Source of the DNA: Myxococcota bacterium | GTDB taxonomy: Bacteria; Myxococcota_A; UBA796; CAJQPC01 | DNA length: 64,000 nt | Direction: 5' to 3' | Assembly (NCBI GenBank): GCA_036012755.1 | Contig: DASCPX010000193.1 | Coordinates: 12,365-76,364 of the forward strand | Shown: in pieces, positions 59,051-64,000 of the stretch | Layout of the letters: every line of letters begins with the position of its first letter | How positions within the stretch are numbered: the first letter of the stretch is position 1 | Program-made: the position numbers and the translations under genes | Notes under the pieces: model-generated | Told to the model about the DNA's origin: nothing | The model's database searches: none | Seen by the model: only the letters and a program-made list of their open reading frames with translations

Positions 59051-60439
59051 GTGCGCCCTCGTCATGCCCTTGCCCTGCTGCTCGTGAGCGCTGTCGCGCT
59101 GGCCGAGGAGCGAGTCCCGCTGCAGGATCGCTACACAGCAGAGGTCGAGCGCATCAGGGAAGCCGCGTCCCAGAGCGACGTCGCCTACAGACGCCTGCAG
59201 ACACTCTGCGATGACATCGGCCACCGCATCAGCGGGAGCGACGAGCTGGAGCGCGCCATCGACTGGGCTCACGGGCTGATGCGCGAGGACGGGCTCTCGG
59301 TCCACACCGAGCCGGTCCAGGTGCCGAAGTGGGTACGCGGCGAGGAGTCAGCGCGCGTGGTCGTGCCCTACCAGCGCGACCTCCAGGTGCTGGGCCTCGG
59401 CATGACCGTGGCCGGAGAGCTGCGCGCCGAGGTGGTCGCGGTGAGCTCCTGGGAGGAGCTCGAGGCCCTCGACGACAGCGCGATCGAGGGGCGGATCGTG
59501 CTCTACGACGTGCCGTTCACGACCTACGGTGAGACCGTGCAGTACCGGGGTAAGGGACCGGTGGAGGCCGCGAAGCGAGGGGCCGTGGCCGTGCTCATCC
59601 GCTCTGTGACCTCCCAGAGCCTCCAGACCCCGCACACCGGGGGGACCGGCTACGAAGACGACGTCCCGAAGATCCCGGCAGCGGCGCTGACCATCGAGGA
59701 CGCCACCTGGATCCACCGCCTGCTCGACCAGGGCTCCACCGTCGAGGTCGAGCTGACCCTCTCCGGCGAGCACCACGGCATGGTGGAGAGCAGGAACCTC
59801 ATCGGCGAGCTCCCCGGCACCGAGCTGCCTGACGAGGTCGTCGTCGTGGGCTGCCACATCGACTCCTGGGACGTCGGGCAAGGGGCCCAGGACGATGGCG
59901 CTGGCTGCCTCATCGCCTGGGAGTCCGTGCGACTCCTGAGGGAGCTCGACATGGTGCCGCGACGCAGCGTGCGCGTCGTGCTCTTCACGAACGAGGAGAA
60001 CGGGCTCGGCGGGGGCCGCAACTACGCAGAGGTCCACGCCGACGAGCTCGTCGATCACCAGGCGCTCTTGGAGTCCGACACCGGAAACGGCCTGGCCGGG
60101 GGCTTCAGGCTCGACACCAGCGGGCTGTCGGAGGCCAACGCCCTGCGCACACAGGGCCTCGTGGCCGAGCTCGGCGAGCTGCTCGACGGCCACATCACCC
60201 TGGGGCATGCCGGGGCCGACATCGGTCCCTCGGCCCGGGGTGGGGTCCCCGGGCTTGGGCTGGCCCACGATGCCAGCACCTACTGGCCCATCCACCACAC
60301 CCACGCCGACACCTTCGACAAGATCGTGGAGGAGGATCTGCAAGCCAACATCGGGATGATGGCAGCGGCCGTGTGGGTCCTCGCAGAGATGGAGGAGCGC
60401 CTGGTGCTACCCGAGGACAAGAGGCGGTCACGGCGATGA
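59051..60439 (+). CDS. M28-family aminopeptidase/carboxypeptidase with PA domain
   Basis: I prefer GTG 59051 (MRPRHALALLLVSAVALA, a signal peptide) over track start 59003, which would overlap the divergent kinase start. Blocks: GCHIDSWDVGQGAQDDGAG, FTNEENGLGG, HHTHADT. Confidence 0.8.
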   Translation: MRPRHALALLLVSAVALAEERVPLQDRYTAEVERIREAASQSDVAYRRLQTLCDDIGHRISGSDELERAIDWAHGLMREDGLSVHTEPVQVPKWVRGEESARVVVPYQRDLQVLGLGMTVAGELRAEVVAVSSWEELEALDDSAIEGRIVLYDVPFTTYGETVQYRGKGPVEAAKRGAVAVLIRSVTSQSLQTPHTGGTGYEDDVPKIPAAALTIEDATWIHRLLDQGSTVEVELTLSGEHHGMVESRNLIGELPGTELPDEVVVVGCHIDSWDVGQGAQDDGAGCLIAWESVRLLRELDMVPRRSVRVVLFTNEENGLGGGRNYAEVHADELVDHQALLESDTGNGLAGGFRLDTSGLSEANALRTQGLVAELGELLDGHITLGHAGADIGPSARGGVPGLGLAHDASTYWPIHHTHADTFDKIVEEDLQANIGMMAAAVWVLAEMEERLVLPEDKRRSRR

Positions 60440-60981
60440 TCTGGCTCCTGCTGGGCGCTTGGACCCCAAAGGTCGAGCAGGGGCCGGTCGACCTGGAGGC
60501 CGTCGAGGAGTGGTCCACGCTCATCCGTCACTGTCCGAGCGGCACCTCACAGTGGGTTGCGCGCTACCAGGACGGCCGGCTCGAGAAGCTGGGCATGGTC
60601 GGTACGGGCGAGGTCGACCGCGCCTTGGAGAGCTGCCTGGAGGCGGGTCTCCGACAGCGCGCCGTCGAGGGTGACGTGCTCGTGCGCATCCGGTGGACCG
60701 ACGACACGCGCGAGGCATGGGAGCGCCAGAGCCTCGCAATCCTCGACCAGATCGTCGGCCCGCGCGAGGTCCACAGCTGCGCCACGCTGCGCTTCCCAAT
60801 CGGGGCCGAGGGCGTCCTCGGCGCCCCCACGCTGCACTCGTCCTCGTCGGACGAGGCCCTCGACCGCCTCGCGCTTGACTCGGTGGCTGCCTTCGACGAC
60901 GGTATGCCGCCCGTGCCGGAGTCACTCCGCGCGGTCTACGGTGACCACGTCGACCTCTGCGTCGGCGGCATCCCCAAGTGA
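60436..60981 (+). CDS. hypothetical secreted protein
   Basis: ATGA overlap with the M28 gene. N-terminus MIWLLLGAW... The C-terminal block LRFPIGAEGVLGAPTLHSSSSDEALDRLALDSVAAF is faintly TonB-C-like, but not enough to call. Confidence 0.55.
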   Translation: MIWLLLGAWTPKVEQGPVDLEAVEEWSTLIRHCPSGTSQWVARYQDGRLEKLGMVGTGEVDRALESCLEAGLRQRAVEGDVLVRIRWTDDTREAWERQSLAILDQIVGPREVHSCATLRFPIGAEGVLGAPTLHSSSSDEALDRLALDSVAAFDDGMPPVPESLRAVYGDHVDLCVGGIPK

Positions 60982-60984
60982 AGA

Positions 60985-61869
60985 GTGGTCCTCCTCGCGC
61001 GCTTTCCGAGCCCTGAAGCCGGCCTGTCCTTCGACGCCGACGACCTCCTCGAGTCCCTCGCCGAGCTCGATCCGGGTCAACCCCTGGTCATCTGGGTCCC
61101 GGGGAACTCCCCTGACGACGACGCCGTACGCGCCCAGGCCGAGCGCCTGGCAGACCGCCTCGAGGTGGGGGTCGTCGCGTTCTCGTGGGCTGGGGGCTCC
61201 GGCTCGGCCGCCGGCAGCATCGACAAGGGAATGCGACCTCGCAACGCGGGCTACGGGCTCCTCGAGCTCCTGGCCACGCTGCTCCACACCGACGGGCTCA
61301 GGAGCATGTGGGCCGGACGCGCCGTCGCGCTGATCGTGCACGGGCGGGCCGCGAAGGTCCTCAAGGCCGCGGTGGTGGAGCGGCCCGACCTGATCGGAGA
61401 GATGTGCACCAGCGTGGTCATGGCCGCCGCCGACATCTCCTACGAGCTGCAGATCGACTGGCTCGCAAGGCTCACCCCCCGCCAGACGCCCGACGCCGTC
61501 AGTGTCCTCTGGCACGACGGTGACGCGGCCCTCGACAACCTCCTCGATGGCCGCCTCCTCTACGCCGCGCGCGAGGTGCGGGTGCCCCAGGACCTCCTCG
61601 AGACCCAGGTCGGGGTCTTCGGGGACTCCGATCCCTTCCACGCCGTGCCCGAGTTCGAGTACATCGACGTCTCGCCCTGGGTGACGCCCCAAGAGGCACA
61701 GCCCTGGCCAGAAGACGCCATCCACCTCAGCGACGAGGACCTCCAGGCGGTCGACGAGCGTCGCGCAACCGCGGTCGACGAGCCCTGCCACACCTACGCG
61801 TGGACCTGTGATCACCCGGACTTCAGCGAGCTCCTGTCTCGCCTGATCACCAAGGGAGGCACCTGGTGA
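60985..61869 (+). CDS. DUF900-like alpha/beta-fold protein lacking the canonical nucleophile
   Basis: GTG start. Blocks: PLVIWVPGNSPDDD, VVAFSWAGG, and the elbow position reads ALIVHGRAAKV instead of HSMG. Confidence 0.55.
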   Translation: MVLLARFPSPEAGLSFDADDLLESLAELDPGQPLVIWVPGNSPDDDAVRAQAERLADRLEVGVVAFSWAGGSGSAAGSIDKGMRPRNAGYGLLELLATLLHTDGLRSMWAGRAVALIVHGRAAKVLKAAVVERPDLIGEMCTSVVMAAADISYELQIDWLARLTPRQTPDAVSVLWHDGDAALDNLLDGRLLYAAREVRVPQDLLETQVGVFGDSDPFHAVPEFEYIDVSPWVTPQEAQPWPEDAIHLSDEDLQAVDERRATAVDEPCHTYAWTCDHPDFSELLSRLITKGGTW

Positions 61870-62714
61870 GCTTCACCCCCGACACCCTCGCCGGAGAGCG
61901 CATCCTCGTCACGGGCGGCGGGACCGGGTTGGGCCAGGCGATGGCGATCGGCTTCGCCGCCTCCGGCGCAGAGGTCGCCGTGCTGGGACGCCGACAGCGG
62001 CCTCTAGAGGAGACCGTCGAGGCCATCCGGTCCGCTGGCGGGACGGCTGACTATGCCCATGGGGTCGACGTCCGCGATGCGGCCGCCCTGGACGAGGCGG
62101 TCGGTGACCTCGAAGAGCGCCTGGGCCCGCTGAGCGGGCTGGTCAACAACGCCGCCGGCAACTTCCTCGCCTGCACAGAGGACATCAGCCCCAACGGCTT
62201 CGACGCGGTCGTCCGCATCGTGCTCCACGGCTCCTTCCACGCCACGCAGGCCTGCGGACGCAGGTGGATCGAGCGCAAGCAGGCGGGCACGGTGCTCAGC
62301 ATCGTCACCACCTACGCCTGGACCGGCTCGGCCTTCGTCGTCCCCTCGGCCTGCGCCAAGGCGGGGGTGCTCGCCATGACTCGCAGCCTGGCGGTGGAGT
62401 GGGCCACCTATGGCATCCGGCTCAACGCCATCGCGCCAGGTCCCTTCCCGACCGAGGGGGCCTTCAGCAAGCTCATGCCACCCGGAATGGACGAAGAGGC
62501 CCGCAACGCCGTGCCCCTGAAGCGCTTCGGCGAGCCTGGCGAGCTCAGCGATCTCGCCACCTACCTCATGAGCTCCATGTCGGCCTACGTGACCGGAGAG
62601 GTGGTCACGATCGACGGCGGCGAGTGGCTGCAGAACGGCCAGGAGTTCGGACGCTTCGCCCACTACCCGCGCGAGAACGTCAAGGCGCTCCTCGGTCGGA
62701 TCAGGAAGAGCTAG
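61866..62714 (+). CDS. SDR-family oxidoreductase, 2,4-dienoyl-CoA-reductase-like
   Basis: GTGA overlap with the upstream gene. Blocks: ILVTGGGTGLGQA, LVNNAAGNF, SACAKAGVLAMTRSLAVEW, NAIAPGPFPTEG, TGEVVTIDGGEWL. Confidence 0.85.
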   Translation: MSFTPDTLAGERILVTGGGTGLGQAMAIGFAASGAEVAVLGRRQRPLEETVEAIRSAGGTADYAHGVDVRDAAALDEAVGDLEERLGPLSGLVNNAAGNFLACTEDISPNGFDAVVRIVLHGSFHATQACGRRWIERKQAGTVLSIVTTYAWTGSAFVVPSACAKAGVLAMTRSLAVEWATYGIRLNAIAPGPFPTEGAFSKLMPPGMDEEARNAVPLKRFGEPGELSDLATYLMSSMSAYVTGEVVTIDGGEWLQNGQEFGRFAHYPRENVKALLGRIRKS

Positions 62715-63282
62715 ACTCGCACTCGGGCGCCTGGGCGCTCGCCACGTCCGTCGGATCCGGAAGCACCTTGACCTCTGCCTCCGTGCAGAAGTCGCGCCCG
62801 CCCGTGTCGGTGACGCACATCTCGACGTGCACCTCGCGGCAGGACAGGGCCCAGCCCGTTGTCAGCTCTGGATCGAGGCTGCGGGTGTCCAGGTAGAGGT
62901 ACATGTTCGGGAAGGCGCCCTCGCAGGCGGACTCGCCCACGATCTGCACGTGGTAGTTGAGCTCTTGTGTCACGGCGACGCCCGTCTCCACGTCCGTGAC
63001 CTGCGCCCAGATGCGGATGACGTTGCGGGTGTTGCCCACGCGCAGCGCAGCCGGGAGGTGCCAGCCTCCCTGGGGTCCGTGGACCATCTCGAGGCCCGCG
63101 GGATCGAGGTCCTCGAAGCCCTCGATCCCAGTGCCGATGCTGGCCCAGGGGTCCTCGCACTTGCAGATGTCGTCGATGGCGCCGATCTGGGTACCGGTGT
63201 CCTCTGCGATCTCGCAGGTCGTAACGACCGGGCCGCTGTCGTCAGGTTCCGATGGGCATGCGACGAGCGCCAACAACAACAT
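62701..63282 (-). CDS. lipoprotein, unknown function
   Basis: Start ATG at 63282 inside track ORF 62701..63453 (MLLLALVACPSEPDD). It has conserved-looking Cys pairs. The 3' end overlaps the SDR gene convergently by 14 nt. Confidence 0.7.
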   Translation of the reverse strand: MLLLALVACPSEPDDSGPVVTTCEIAEDTGTQIGAIDDICKCEDPWASIGTGIEGFEDLDPAGLEMVHGPQGGWHLPAALRVGNTRNVIRIWAQVTDVETGVAVTQELNYHVQIVGESACEGAFPNMYLYLDTRSLDPELTTGWALSCREVHVEMCVTDTGGRDFCTEAEVKVLPDPTDVASAQAPECESSSS

Positions 63283-63344
63283 CGTTTTCGACCTTTGGCT
63301 GGCCCTGCGCCCCCAGCATAGACCAGGGGCGGACGGGTCGGACG

Positions 63345-63872
63345 CTACTCGCTCGCGCTGAAGCTGCCCGTGCCCGCGATGACGTACCCGCTCTCCGAGT
63401 AGGAGACCTCGAAGCCCCCCTCCACAGTCGTGGCCGTGTAGGTCCCATGCCATGGGACCGTACCCATGGCGCCGCTGTCGGAGATGTCACCCGAGATCTC
63501 GGTGGCGCTGGTGGTCGCGCCGGTGAGCGTGCCGGTCTGTGTCCCGAAGGCCCCGAGCATGCCAGCGAAGTCGCAGGACCACTCCCCCGCGACGTCGGAG
63601 GCTCCGATCCAGCCGACCGTGACGTACCCGGAGCAGGTGTCCGAGGCGTGGGAGTTGGCCTCCTCGACGACGAGGGAGATCTCGCCGGTCATGTCCGCGT
63701 CCGCGTCACCGTCCGCATCGGCGTCCGTGTCCGTGTCCGCGTCCGCGTCCGCGTCTGTGTCCGTGTCCGTGTCCGTGTCAGCGTCGGTGTCAGCGTCTGA
63801 CTCGACGGAGCTGTCGTCGGTGGCAGGGTCCTTGTCGCAGCCCGATCCCAAGGAAAGAAGCAGGGTAATCAT
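63345..63872 (-). CDS. lipoprotein with acidic D-[T/A] repeat linker
   Basis: N-terminus MITLLLSLGSGC (lipobox). Linker SDADTDADTDTDTDTDADADADTDTDADADGDADAD. A Gly/Thr/Ser-rich beta-type domain follows. Confidence 0.8.
   Translation of the reverse strand: MITLLLSLGSGCDKDPATDDSSVESDADTDADTDTDTDTDADADADTDTDADADGDADADMTGEISLVVEEANSHASDTCSGYVTVGWIGASDVAGEWSCDFAGMLGAFGTQTGTLTGATTSATEISGDISDSGAMGTVPWHGTYTATTVEGGFEVSYSESGYVIAGTGSFSASE
63693..63800 (-). repeat. hexanucleotide (GAC-RCS) coding microsatellite
   Basis: 18 consecutive D-X dipeptide codon pairs, read directly. This is the same repeat class as 53081..53179. Confidence 0.85.
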
Positions 63873-64000
63873 CGTGTCTCCTCACGTTGGAAGGGCGGGA
63901 ACGTAGCACGCCGAGGCAGGGGTCTCGGGACCTGTTGGCACGGATCTTCCAAGCCTCCAATCTGGCGATCGGGAGGTCCCACGGGCAATTAGGCGCACCA

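Noticed and set aside
63936-63951. Sigma-54-like promoter TGGCACGgatcTTCCA on the + strand at the window end.
   Set aside because: The -24 element is perfect, but the conserved GC of the -12 element reads CC. The putative target gene lies outside the window, so there is no support for the call.
1-64000. A search for tRNA/rRNA genes, IS elements, integrases, phage genes, toxin-antitoxin pairs and secondary-metabolite megasynthases.
   Set aside because: I found no cloverleaf-like or rRNA-like sequence in the few non-coding gaps. No ORF had transposase (DDE), tyrosine or serine recombinase, capsid, terminase, PKS or NRPS motifs.

Overview
All family calls below come from reading the ORF translations by eye. 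No database or structure search was run. The window is very GC-rich, with third codon positions almost always G/C, and it is gene-dense. I support about 52 protein-coding genes. I could not recognise any rRNA, tRNA, CRISPR array, transposase, integrase or prophage signature. Several features point to a Myxococcota chromosome, possibly marine Nannocystineae-like; this is inference only. They are a MYXO-CTERM-like sorting tag, MopE-type Cys-rich repeats, several Ser/Thr kinases with an FHA partner, acidic D-T/D-A lipoprotein linkers and FGE-domain proteins. Operons are marked by eleven 4-nt start/stop overlaps (ATGA/GTGA/TTGA/CTGA) at 10024, 15702, 30351, 31034, 41235, 46056, 46598, 48584, 49135, 60436 and 61866. 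Main content, in order: (i) 1-19 kb holds an envelope-modification cluster. It contains a partial STT3/AglB-like oligosaccharyltransferase, a polyprenyl-P-sugar-synthase-like GT2, a fused polytopic/spermidine-synthase-like protein, three mutually similar polytopic (GT-C-like) proteins, three SGNH hydrolases (one frameshifted) and two FGE-domain proteins. Two transporters interrupt it. (ii) 19-28 kb holds a MopE-repeat lipoprotein, a YiiX-like amidase, gloB, a pentapeptide-repeat/K+-channel fusion with an HDOD partner, and an M14 peptidase. (iii) 28.8-32.5 kb is a kinase-TPR-periplasmic-binding-protein operon. (iv) Next come a CotH-like lipoprotein and a 2-oxoacid:ferredoxin oxidoreductase. (v) 36.3-38.9 kb is an archaeal-type XPB helicase translationally coupled to a Bax1/DUF790-like nuclease. 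(vi) 44.4-49.8 kb is a tightly packed seven-gene minus-strand array: patatin, PNP/UDP-like nucleosidase, DEDDh exonuclease, CBS, Tat-OmpA lipoprotein, small lipoprotein and a TFIIH-p52/XPB-clutch-like protein. (vii) The rest holds a sulfatase-like/TPR protein, an RND exporter, an FHA/wHTH protein tail-to-tail with a kinase, an M28 peptidase, an SDR and acidic-repeat lipoproteins. Two genes look disrupted: a 1-nt frameshift near 18410 and an in-frame TAG at 41484. The most interesting candidates are the XPB-Bax1 pair together with the orphan p52-like protein, and the multi-GT-C envelope cluster.
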